This document shows, piece by piece, positions 19,244 to 27,872 of a DNA stretch of 64,000 nt. The position numbers and the translations under genes were made by a program. The notes beneath the pieces were generated by a model. The model saw only the letters and a list, made by a program, of their open reading frames with translations. It searched no databases and was not told where the DNA came from. Positions within the stretch are counted from its first letter, which is position 1; every line of letters starts with the position of its first letter. The stretch comes from an uncultured Mycobacterium sp. (GTDB lineage Bacteria > Actinomycetota > Actinomycetes > Mycobacteriales > Mycobacteriaceae): the NCBI GenBank assembly GCA_964413455.1, contig CAYPTG010000001.1:7246-71245 (forward strand), given 5' to 3'.

Positions 19244-19457
19244 CTCGGCCTCGGCTGTGTAGTTGTTGTTGTTTGAGCGCGACTCAGCGCGCGATCACAT
19301 CCCCCGGCGGGCTGAAAAGCGCTGCCCTACAGGGAATCCACACCACCTCCTTGCTGAATAACCACATTGCTCCCGCGCGGATATCCGCGCATGGTGGCCA
19401 TCGCACCACGTCGGCCAGCCAGATCGGCGCATCGACACGCCCCGCCGCTGCGGGGCA

Positions 19458-19577
19458 TCACGCCACCTCCAGCATCGTCAGGCCATAGTCGGTGAGGCAG
19501 GTGGTGCATGTATCAATCCCCGCAGGGACGCCGCACCCACAGATCATGCAGCCCTCGCCGCCGCGTAGATCACCCAC
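19458..19577 (-). CDS. small Cys-rich peptide
   Basis: CMICGCG...CTTC; its 3' end supplies a GGAGG RBS for the next frame. Confidence 0.4.
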   Translation of the reverse strand: MGDLRGGEGCMICGCGVPAGIDTCTTCLTDYGLTMLEVA

Positions 19578-19809
19578 GATCCGCCCCGCGCTTCTGTGCA
19601 CAGATGTGGCAATAGCTGCCGAAGTAAGGGCCGATGACCACGAGACGCGCGTCGAACACATCAGGAAACTCCTTCTGCCATTCCGTCAGGTGATCGGTGC
19701 AGAACGCGACTTCCCGGCCGGCGTCTCGGTCGAAGACGAGGGTTCCAGTCGAAGTGATCCCCATGCCCGTGCCTGGGCTTGCCTCACCGAGGCTCGGCGG
19801 GGCGCCCAT
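19570..19809 (-). CDS. small putative Zn-binding protein
   Basis: CTDH...CHIC pairs; same strand as the operon. Confidence 0.5.
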   Translation of the reverse strand: MGAPPSLGEASPGTGMGITSTGTLVFDRDAGREVAFCTDHLTEWQKEFPDVFDARLVVIGPYFGSYCHICAQKRGADRG

Positions 19810-19935
19810 CTCAGGGCTGGGGGTATTTATAGAGTCCATTTGTTGTGGTGTGCCTTTCGTCAGGTTGTTGACGCCGCCGCGCACAACGGGCTGGTGGCGC
19901 TGCTCAATCGGGACGTATCCGGGTGGTGTAACTGG

Positions 19936-20379
19936 CTAGGGGCACGCGGGTGGCCTCAGCGGCGCGCCCGCGCTCTCGGCGGCGTGGTTGTTCGGCCCGG
20001 GATCGTCATCGGCGGGGCTCCCATGAGTGGGGGCGCCGGGAAATTCCCCGGCAAAGCGGAATGCTCTGCGTAGTTGACCAGCGAAGGCGGACTTCGTCAT
20101 CGGCGGATCCATCGTTGCAGCGAGGTCGGCTAGTGACGCGTCGGCGTTGGCCGCCCTGACCTGGAGGACCTCGATCCAACGTCGCCGCCACACGGGGGTC
20201 GCCGACAGGTGGTGATGGTCCTTGACCCCATTCACGGCCAGCTTCGCCAAGAGCACCCGCGCAGCGTCTGCGTCACGCCGAGCCGCCCGTAAGGCCCTGT
20301 CCTCGTTGACCCATCCCCGGCGCCGGACTGGCGCGCTCTCGCTGGCCTGCTCCGCGGCGCCTGGTTCCGCCGTATTCAT
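19936..20379 (-). CDS. stand-alone WhiA C-terminal HTH domain protein
   Basis: NEDRALRAARR...ASLADLAATMDPPMTKSAFAGQLRRA resembles actinobacterial WhiA [25 protein letters not shown]; ATGA-coupled. Confidence 0.82.
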   Translation of the reverse strand: MNTAEPGAAEQASESAPVRRRGWVNEDRALRAARRDADAARVLLAKLAVNGVKDHHHLSATPVWRRRWIEVLQVRAANADASLADLAATMDPPMTKSAFAGQLRRAFRFAGEFPGAPTHGSPADDDPGPNNHAAESAGAPLRPPACP

Positions 20380-20645
20380 GCGTCCGCCCATCCCGCCGGC
20401 GCCGGCCGGAAGCACCCCAAGACCGTGGCCCCCCTGGCCGACGGTCCTGGGGTGCTTCCTTCCCCCCCGTCCTGCTCCGCCGAAACGACCCCACGCCATA
20501 GCGGGACCGCCCCCCTTCGGCGGAGCAGGGGGGCAACGCCGACCACTCGACCCCTCGACGAGTGATCAGCGAACAGTGGGGTTGGAGGCTGCCGGCGGGC
20601 GACCCCATCGCCGGCGGCCTCCAAGTCAGGGGTGGCGGGGATCAT
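20376..20645 (-). CDS. hypothetical protein
   Basis: Fills the gap exactly between neighbours; ATGA overlap downstream. Confidence 0.5.
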   Translation of the reverse strand: MIPATPDLEAAGDGVARRQPPTPLFADHSSRGRVVGVAPLLRRRGAVPLWRGVVSAEQDGGEGSTPGPSARGATVLGCFRPAPAGWADA

Positions 20646-20647
20646 GG

Positions 20648-21049
20648 TCAGGCGCCTACCGGGAGGTTGTTCAACATCTCCGGATCGCATGCCGGTCTGG
20701 TGCTGCCCTCAGGGCCGGCAAATGCCTCGGCCGGCGGGTCGGCCATCATCCGGCACACCCTCTGGTGTGCCCTGGTGAACAGGTCGGCGACTTCTTGGCG
20801 AGTAAGGCCCGCAGTGTCATTGAAATCCATCAGGCCTTCCCCGTTAGGAACGACCGCGCGCAACTCTTGGGTTATTGAGGCGTAAGGGACTGGGATGTTC
20901 GCCGCCCGCCAGGCCCGCTGGGCGCAGGCGTAGATGTCGCAACGTTCGGGATGCCAGGCCCGCAGGGCGGTGGCACCTGCGGTGCGGAGGATTCCGGCCA
21001 GCGCTCCGAGCCGTAAAGGCTCCTCGGCGGGATGCAGGACGCGGATCAT
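20648..21049 (-). CDS. hypothetical protein, DUF6197-like
   Basis: FNDTAGLTRQEVADLFTRA resembles the WND..RT..EV..LF motif; ATGA overlap with whiB. Confidence 0.6.
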   Translation of the reverse strand: MIRVLHPAEEPLRLGALAGILRTAGATALRAWHPERCDIYACAQRAWRAANIPVPYASITQELRAVVPNGEGLMDFNDTAGLTRQEVADLFTRAHQRVCRMMADPPAEAFAGPEGSTRPACDPEMLNNLPVGA

Positions 21050-21447
21050 CCGACTCGCCGATCCAGGTCTCGTTCGGTGCGCCGCAGCTCGCGCCGCTCC
21101 GGCTCGGACAGCCCGCCCCATATTCCGTGGCGCTCGTCGTTGTCGAGCGCGTACTGCAGGCAGGCCTCCTTTGCGGGGCATCGTCCACAGATCGATTTCG
21201 CGGCCCGGGTCGATCCGCCTTTCTCGGGGAAGAATGCCTCAGGGTCGGCCTGGGCGCACAGTGCGTCTTCCTGCCAGTCGGTGTTAGGCCGTCCGGTGGT
21301 GTCGTCGTCGTCGTCGAGGGACCGCAGTGCGGCCAGGAGGCCCCGGATGTCGATGATGTCGGCGTCTTGCCGTGGGGGTGTGATCAAGTCGACGTCGGTG
21401 TAGTCGTCGTCGATGGCTTCGAAGAGGGTAGAATTGCTGAGGTTCAC
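21046..21447 (-). CDS. whiB: WhiB family Fe-S transcriptional regulator, WhiB2/WhmD-like
   Basis: WQEDALCAQADPEAFFPEKGGSTRAAKSICGRCPAKEACLQYAL...GIWGG; four Cys; AAGGGAG RBS before GTG. Confidence 0.95.
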   Translation of the reverse strand: MNLSNSTLFEAIDDDYTDVDLITPPRQDADIIDIRGLLAALRSLDDDDDTTGRPNTDWQEDALCAQADPEAFFPEKGGSTRAAKSICGRCPAKEACLQYALDNDERHGIWGGLSEPERRELRRTERDLDRRVG

Positions 21448-21922
21448 GACTGACTCCCTTGGGTGTTGGGGATTCCGGCCGCGGTTCAATTCGCCCGGAA
21501 TTTTGTTCGGTGGACTCGACAGGCCCTTCGGTGACCTCCCCCCCCGTTCCCGATGGGCCTGTCGTCCCTTTTCCGGAGTTCGCGGGTGTTCTGTGGTGTC
21601 GCGTGTCGCCTTGGCTTTAGCCGGGACCGCGGCGGAGGCCGGCGTTCTCAATCTTTGAAATTCGGCCTCCTGGAGGGGTGTGAGACGAGGCTGCGGCTGT
21701 CCGCTGCCCGGCGAGGGGGTCGCCGTATGGGTGCCGACTGTAATCACCATACGGCGCCAGTGTCAACATCCGAATGACAAAGGCGCCGCCCCGCCCCGCC
21801 ACCACACCCCCGACCGGTGCCCTACTGCGGACATAATCGGCCCATTTCTGGACAGAATGCAGGGTGAATTGTCCGGTCTTTGGTCATATCACCGCAAAAC
21901 ACCTGGACGTATGATCACCAGA

Positions 21923-23188
21923 ATGACCGGCTCGACGAATGGAAATGTCCGCCTGCGCGCAGCCCGCGCAGCCCGCGGTCTGGCCTCTCAAGCCGACTTT
22001 GTCGCAGCCGTCATCGCCTCCGCCCGGGCCATCGGACTAGGTGAGCTATCCCTGAGCACCCGAACCGTCCGGCGATGGGAATCGGCCGCCCCGCCACGCC
22101 CCCACACCCACCACGCCCGAGCCCTCGAGGAACTCTTCAACTGCAGCGTCAATGAACTCGGGTTCCCCGCCCGCATCGGCGGCTCCCCTGCGCCCCCGGC
22201 ACCGCACCAGGCACCACCCCCCGCCACCGAATCCCTCCTGGTACGCCCCTTGCGCGACACCCTCGATGACACAGTCCTCGACGACTACTCCGCCCTGACC
22301 GCGACCTACAGCCGCCTCTACGCCACGCTCCCCTCCAGCGCCCTGGCTGCCTCAGCTGCGGAATGCGCCACTCTCGGTGCCCGCCTTCTCACTGCTGCCA
22401 CCGACGCCCAACGGAGACGGCTCGCTTCTGTGGTCTGCGACTCATGGCTCCTCTCTGCCCGCATCCAACTTTTCGACATCGCCGCCCCCGCCGCCGCCCG
22501 CGCCAGCCTGCAACAGGCGCTTCACGCCGCCCGACTCGCCGGCGACCCCGCCCGAGGATCTGCAGTGCTTGCCCACCTCGCCCTGTCCTCGGCCACAGAA
22601 GACCCTCCCGCTGAAGCGCCTGCCCGTGACCACATCCGCATGGCTCGCACTTTCGCCGCCCGCGCCGAAGACCCCCCGATGCTCGGCGCATGGATCGACG
22701 CGGCCGAAGCAGACATCGAACTGCGCCTTGGCGACCCGGCCCGCGCGGCAACCCTCATCGGCAACGCCGAGGCTCTCCACAAGCTCCACTCCACGGCTAC
22801 TGCCCCTGGCAGCATCGACTGGCTCAATTGGCTGCCCGCCCACCGCCTCGCCGCGATCAAAGCCGACATCCTTCTAGCCCTAGGCCGCACCCGCGACGCC
22901 ACCACCGTTCTCCAGCACAGCGCCCTCGAAGCGCCCACTGCCCGGCAACGGGCTATTGCCTACACCGACCTGGCTGCTGTCGCTGCCTCAGAAGGCGAGG
23001 TCGACACCGCCTGCACTCGCCTCAACGACGCCCTCGACGCCCTCGACGGCCGCTGGTATGACGCCGTAGGCAACAGGATCAACCATGCCCGGGCCCAACT
23101 CGACCCATGGAACACCGACCCGGCAGTGACCGCCCTAGACCAGCGCCTTTACACATGGACCCCAGCCTTGGAAGCCGCAGACCGATGA
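21923..23188 (+). CDS. XRE-family HTH regulator with TPR-like helical C-terminus
   Basis: LRAARAARGLASQADF...STRTVRRWES; TATGAT-N7-ATG start. Confidence 0.85.
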   Translation: MTGSTNGNVRLRAARAARGLASQADFVAAVIASARAIGLGELSLSTRTVRRWESAAPPRPHTHHARALEELFNCSVNELGFPARIGGSPAPPAPHQAPPPATESLLVRPLRDTLDDTVLDDYSALTATYSRLYATLPSSALAASAAECATLGARLLTAATDAQRRRLASVVCDSWLLSARIQLFDIAAPAAARASLQQALHAARLAGDPARGSAVLAHLALSSATEDPPAEAPARDHIRMARTFAARAEDPPMLGAWIDAAEADIELRLGDPARAATLIGNAEALHKLHSTATAPGSIDWLNWLPAHRLAAIKADILLALGRTRDATTVLQHSALEAPTARQRAIAYTDLAAVAASEGEVDTACTRLNDALDALDGRWYDAVGNRINHARAQLDPWNTDPAVTALDQRLYTWTPALEAADR

Positions 23189-24033
23189 CCATCATCCGCT
23201 CCCGTCGCGAGGCGCTGGGCCTGTCCCAAGCCCAAGTGGCCGCCGCCATCGGAACACACAAGGGGACCTACCAGCGCTACGAATCCGGCGACCGGGAACC
23301 CCCGCTGTCGACAGCACGTGCGATCGCTGAGGCCCTCGATATGTCCCTGGCTGAACTTGCCGGCCAAATACCCATAGACCTCGGCTCCTCCCTGGACACC
23401 CCCACCAGTCTCTCTGTGGTCAGTGAGGTCCTGCAGTCCCGTCGTCACGAACTCGGCCTGACCCACTCTCGCGTGGCAAGCGCTGCTGGCATCGCCCCTG
23501 ACCTGTACCAACGCTACGAATCGGGCTCCACGGAACTGCCCTTGGCGATGGCTGCGACCCTGGCTCAAGTGCTCGACATCCCCCTTTCGGTCCTTGCCGG
23601 CGTGGAACCGCGTGCAATCGAATTCAATGGACGGTGGTGGGCGACCTGGCAGGGCGGCATTCGCCGCGCCGGAGAGGCGGATCTGCACACCGTTGAGGCC
23701 CTGCGCGCCAGCAACAGGCTGCTTCTCGATAGCGGCTGGCGCGGCGAGCTGGAGTTCTTCGGCAACGAGGTCCTCATCGGGTGGTATCGCCCCCCGGATC
23801 GTGGCACGAGAACCCGGCAGGGTGTTTTTCTGTGGCTACCCGCAGGAGCGGACTACCTCTATGGCCGCTGGACCGGGGTGTCTGATAACAACACCGTCGA
23901 TTCTGGATGGTGCGTGCTGGCTCGCGACGAAGGCAAGTCAAGGGAAGTGTATTCCGGCCTGGTGTCCTCAAGCGCCCAACCGCGCCCCCTTACCCGTCTG
24001 CCCCGGTTAGGGACCTGGGGCTCGGGCGGCTAA
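23185..24033 (+). CDS. double XRE-HTH regulator with beta-rich C-terminal domain
   Basis: Two HTH_3 repeats (RREALGLSQAQVA...YQRYESG; RRHELGLTHSRVA...YQRYESG); ATGA-coupled. Confidence 0.88.
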   Translation: MTIIRSRREALGLSQAQVAAAIGTHKGTYQRYESGDREPPLSTARAIAEALDMSLAELAGQIPIDLGSSLDTPTSLSVVSEVLQSRRHELGLTHSRVASAAGIAPDLYQRYESGSTELPLAMAATLAQVLDIPLSVLAGVEPRAIEFNGRWWATWQGGIRRAGEADLHTVEALRASNRLLLDSGWRGELEFFGNEVLIGWYRPPDRGTRTRQGVFLWLPAGADYLYGRWTGVSDNNTVDSGWCVLARDEGKSREVYSGLVSSSAQPRPLTRLPRLGTWGSGG

Positions 24034-24119
24034 TCCGCCCGACGCGCTGCGCTGTCTGGCCGTAACCTCGGCGCCGCCGCGGGCTACCCACGTATCCAGG
24101 GACTACGCACCCAGCCAAC

Positions 24120-24752
24120 GCATGTAATGCATGTAACGCCTGTATAGCAGTGCATGGCAGTAAAAAGCATCGCTTCCAAGATGTGTCGCACCCGCCTAGT
24201 GGCGCCATAGGCGAGATGCTAAGCAATGAGTACAAAGCTCCGAGGAGTAACGCAATGCGCCTACCCGCCGAATACTGCAGGACTCAGCTCAGGGCAGTAT
24301 CTAGGTACGCTGCAACACACCCCTATCGGGTGCACCCCAGTGTACCGGTGGCTACTGCACACGGCTGCGCCGTAAAATGCAGCACCGCCCACCTACGACC
24401 TGCATGCAGATGCGGCCAGGTGCTATTGCTAGCACCACCCTGCTGGCCCCAGCCCTGCGTGGCACCTATACCCGCCGCACCGCACCGCGCCACTAAGCGG
24501 CGACATTACCCGGCCAGCAGGCCACCACTAAGCGGGCCGATACGACTACCGGCAATGGGGTGTACGCCAACGCAATGTGCAGTACCGCCACATGGCGCAG
24601 AGCGACGCGATACGACCCACTGTGATACAGTGCAGTGCTATACATGCGATACACCGCATGTATAGCACTGCTAGGAGGATTGTTGGGATGCAGAGGAGGG
24701 CGCTTCGTTCAAGCGATAGCAGTGCAAGCAGGGATAGCGGTGCTAGCACCAG
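24120..24752. repeat. centromere-like (parS/parC) region: 9-bp repeat arrays and a 17-bp perfect inverted repeat
   Basis: GCATGTAAN units at 24120; GCAGTGCTATACATGCG-N6-CGCATGTATAGCACTGC at 24632-24671; TAGCRGTGC array at 24717-24752; lies upstream of parA. Confidence 0.7.
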
Positions 24753-24827
24753 GGGTGGTGCGGGTATCGGCGACTTTTCCAAGAGTCAGTAACTGACAGA
24801 ACAAGAAAGGGAGGGTGTACACCCACC

Positions 24828-25604
24828 ATGAAGATCACCGCAGTCGCTAATCAGAAGGGCGGCGTAGGGAAGACCGCAACCGTACTCGGCTTGTGCAGCG
24901 CAGCAAGTTGGCAAGGAAAAAAGGTCCTCGCCGTCGACCTCGACCCCCAGGGGAACCTCACGCGCGGCCTCGGGGTCAGCGTCGAGGACTTGGGCGACAC
25001 ACCCACAGCAAACGAGCTTCTCACTGACATGCGCGAGGGAACCGCATCCCAGGCGATCGTGGCCACGCAGTGGCCCGGAATCGACCTCATTGCGGCTACC
25101 GGGGACCTGGCAAACCGTGACATGGACGCCGCCAGTGACGCAATCTTCCGCCTCCGGGCCTCTTTCGAGGGCTGTGACCTGTCGGCCTACGACGCGGTGT
25201 TGTTCGACTGCCCCCCAAGCGTCGGCCGACTCCTTGTCGGGGCCCTAGTCGCCGCTGACCAGCTCATTTACGCGACAGAAGCTTCGGTCGACGGAATCAA
25301 GGGCATCGCCAATGTTGAAACGACCACTGCATTCGTGAAGAAGATCGTCAACAAAGACCTCAAGATCGTCGGGATCGTCGTGACCCGCCGGGAAAAGACC
25401 GGAGAAGAAGACTTCCGTGAAGAAGAACTCCGCGACGTGTACGGCGATCTGGTGACGAAAACGGTCATCCCGAAGCGGGCGGCCTGGAAAGACGCGAACG
25501 GCCGCTCAGAGCCCATTCACACGGTGAAAAGCAGCCCCGGAGCGCGCATGCTGGCCGGCGCATTCACCGACCTCCTCAACGAACTGCCCGTCTTCGATAA
25601 CTAA
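24828..25604 (+). CDS. parA: ParA family partition ATPase (short, type Ib)
   Basis: NQKGGVGKT, DLDPQGN, FDCPPS. Confidence 0.95.
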   Translation: MKITAVANQKGGVGKTATVLGLCSAASWQGKKVLAVDLDPQGNLTRGLGVSVEDLGDTPTANELLTDMREGTASQAIVATQWPGIDLIAATGDLANRDMDAASDAIFRLRASFEGCDLSAYDAVLFDCPPSVGRLLVGALVAADQLIYATEASVDGIKGIANVETTTAFVKKIVNKDLKIVGIVVTRREKTGEEDFREEELRDVYGDLVTKTVIPKRAAWKDANGRSEPIHTVKSSPGARMLAGAFTDLLNELPVFDN

Positions 25605-25634
25605 ATCAAGACCCATCCAGGAAAGGAACAAGAA

Positions 25635-25985
25635 ATGGCACCCGAAAGAACTCGCGCCCTACGCAGGGAAGCGCCGCAGAATCCGGTGGAGATGCTGCTG
25701 TCCGAAGCGGCCCGGCCCGCGGCCACCAACGCCGCAGTAGAGCCGCAGCGGACAGAGCCGAAGTCAGCAGTTCTGGCGCCGGCCGCACCGCTCGCCGCGC
25801 CGGCACCGGACCGCGTAAAGAAGCAGGTCAACTACAGGATCAGCCCGGAGTTGACCGACCAGCTAAAGACCGCGAGTATCGAGTACAGCTTCCGTCAGGG
25901 CCGCCAGTACAGCCAGAACGCCATCGTTGAGATGGCTATACAGGCCTGGCTCGACGCCAACGGGCCCTGGCAACAGCGCCCCTGA
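25635..25985 (+). CDS. RHH centromere-binding protein (ParG-like)
   Basis: Directly after parA; flexible N-terminus then KKQVNYRISPELTDQLK...SQNAIVEMAI. Confidence 0.75.
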   Translation: MAPERTRALRREAPQNPVEMLLSEAARPAATNAAVEPQRTEPKSAVLAPAAPLAAPAPDRVKKQVNYRISPELTDQLKTASIEYSFRQGRQYSQNAIVEMAIQAWLDANGPWQQRP

Positions 25986-25988
25986 CGG

Positions 25989-26339
25989 CTACTGCACGGT
26001 GGCGGGATCGCGAACCTCCACAGAGATGTGGTTAAACGTGGTGCCGTGATTCTCGGCGAAAGAGTCGGCAAGCTGCCCGGCCTCATCAAGGGACACACCC
26101 TTGAAGCCGACAACGACCGTCACCTGGACAAAGGCCTGCTGCTCGGGTAGACCCGTCCCAAACACCGTGGTCACGCCGGTGAGGTTGGACATGTCCAGTG
26201 GGGTATTGATGATCTCGACTTTGCCGTCGAAAAACTCCTTCAGGTCCTTGTTGAGGGCAGCGACAGCGTCGGGGAGCATGGTCCCGGTGAGCTCGTTGTA
26301 GGGGAATAGCTCAGCGCTGACGAGAACGGGGATGGCCAT
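25989..26339 (-). CDS. hypothetical protein
   Basis: 116-aa ORF with GAAAGG RBS. Confidence 0.7.
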   Translation of the reverse strand: MAIPVLVSAELFPYNELTGTMLPDAVAALNKDLKEFFDGKVEIINTPLDMSNLTGVTTVFGTGLPEQQAFVQVTVVVGFKGVSLDEAGQLADSFAENHGTTFNHISVEVRDPATVQ

Positions 26340-26487
26340 GGGAAAACTACCCTTTCGTAGGGGACGGCCAACCGGCCGTCGAGAACATTCTTACTGCGAA
26401 CTTTAATATCGGGGAACCGTTCCCCCAAGGGGCGACACAACAACCTGTACCAGGTAAAGCCGGGAACCCCGCATGAAGAGATCACAA

Positions 26488-26521
26488 AACCGCCCCACCA
26501 GAACAGGCTGGTGGGGCGGTT
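26488..26521 (-). terminator. intrinsic terminator after the esx-like pair
   Basis: AACCGCCCCACCAG-N6-CTGGTGGGGCGGTT with a T tract on the minus strand. Confidence 0.75.
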
Positions 26522-26547
26522 AGGCCAGTGCGTTTTGCGACTGAGAT

Positions 26548-26841
26548 TCAGCCGACGATCGACGCGAAGCTAGCGTCGATGTCGTTGACCTCGCCGTGGT
26601 GAGACTGGGCCGCCATCGTGACGTTGGCGGCGGTCTCCTGCAAGCTGGTCTGGGTGCTGTAGACGTGGTTACCGAACTCCCCGGCCGCAGACGGGGCCCG
26701 CCCGGTGGACACGTCCAGCAGCCCGGTGTATGCGTTGTGGCACGCCTGCGCGTGATCCTGGCAGGCCTGGGTGTTGGCCATCAGCGAGGAGAACTGACCG
26801 GGCAGTTCCCCTCCGTTGTGGAGCATGAATCCAGCGGACAT
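26548..26841 (-). CDS. WXG100-like protein (degenerate motif)
   Basis: 97 aa, helical; central STG in the WXG position; paired with the upstream gene. Confidence 0.65.
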   Translation of the reverse strand: MSAGFMLHNGGELPGQFSSLMANTQACQDHAQACHNAYTGLLDVSTGRAPSAAGEFGNHVYSTQTSLQETAANVTMAAQSHHGEVNDIDASFASIVG

Positions 26842-26905
26842 TGGCGATCAAATCCTTTCGATTAGCGAATAATTGTGGGTGGTTGAAAAATGCTGTGGTT
26901 CGGGT

Positions 26906-27217
26906 TTACGCAGGCACGATAGCGGCGATGCGTGCGGCTCCGGCCATGGTGGCCTCCTCGGCGGCATCGATCATGCGAAGAGTGCCCTGGCACTTCTCCT
27001 CGGTGGTGTCCGCCACGGTCTTGAGCTGCTGAACGTTCTGAACAAAGCCCTGGTGGACGGCCGTACCTGCAGCGCCCTGCAAGGTCGCGGTGGCCATGGT
27101 CTCGCCGATCACGATGCGCTGCTGAGCGGTGGACCGGAGGTCCGCCACGGCGCTCAATCCCTGCTGGACGAACTGGCGCATGTCCTCGGGAGTGTGCTTT
27201 ACGACTCCGAATCCCAT
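26906..27217 (-). CDS. WXG100-like protein (degenerate motif)
   Basis: 103 aa; central LQGAAGTA compared with canonical WxGxAGxA. Confidence 0.7.
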   Translation of the reverse strand: MGFGVVKHTPEDMRQFVQQGLSAVADLRSTAQQRIVIGETMATATLQGAAGTAVHQGFVQNVQQLKTVADTTEEKCQGTLRMIDAAEEATMAGAARIAAIVPA

Positions 27218-27546
27218 TATGGAAACCCTTTCCTCATTGTGTGTGGGGTTTCCGTGGACCGGTTCCCCCCGGCTGATATGGCGCCAAGTGTAGAGGGATG
27301 CGGCGAGCTCTGCAAAGGGCGGCGACACGCCCCGCGGCCGACGCCTCCCAGGGCATCCGCCTGCACAGCGAAACTAGATAGCCGGTCAGCAAAAAGACAC
27401 GCGCTCGAACGGCGTCACCGCCCCCACGCATCGCCACCCGGCTCTATCCTTGGGGTTCCGGATCGGAGACCGATGGAACCGCCAGGTCGCCCGGCCTCCG
27501 ATCCGGGCAGACACGCAACAAACAGGGAAAATAAGGGGGCTTTGGA

Positions 27547-27855
27547 ATGGCAGATCCGGACTTCGACCAGATCCTCGCCAGCCTGCAGACACTCGACGAC
27601 GTCATCGAGGACAGTGATGAAGCCTTTCGTCTCGCGCAAGGCGTCTACGCCGATAACCCGGTGACCCCGTCGGTGATGGCCATGGTGTGGAAAGGCAAGG
27701 TTGGGGACCTCCAGATCGCCGACGGGGTGTGCGACCTTCCCTTGGACACGGCGACCAGATTGATCAACGCCGTCGTTATCAACGCCTTCAACGCGTGGCA
27801 CCTCGACCTCAACCAACTCATCGGCCACCTACAGCCCCACCCGGCCGCCACCTAA
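27547..27855 (+). CDS. YbaB/EbfC (EspL)-like small protein
   Basis: Helix - beta hairpin (VWKGKVGDLQI) - helix layout; 102 aa; RBS present. Confidence 0.5.
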   Translation: MADPDFDQILASLQTLDDVIEDSDEAFRLAQGVYADNPVTPSVMAMVWKGKVGDLQIADGVCDLPLDTATRLINAVVINAFNAWHLDLNQLIGHLQPHPAAT

Positions 27856-27872
27856 ACCCCCCTAAACTCAAC

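Noticed and set aside
21448-21750. N-terminal extension of WhiB in the ORF track
   Set aside because: A strong RBS at GTG 21447 gives a typical WhiB length; the extension cannot be excluded but is unsupported
24150-24782. ORFs 24150..24665 (+) and 24546..24782 (-)
   Set aside because: Atypical composition; they overlap the repeat and palindrome region upstream of parA
27458-27506. 11-bp inverted repeat CCGGATCGGAG/CTCCGATCCGG
   Set aside because: Single GC-rich occurrence; may be an operator but has no further support
26873-27664. 263-aa + strand ORF
   Set aside because: Shadow of the esx-like gene and the intergenic region
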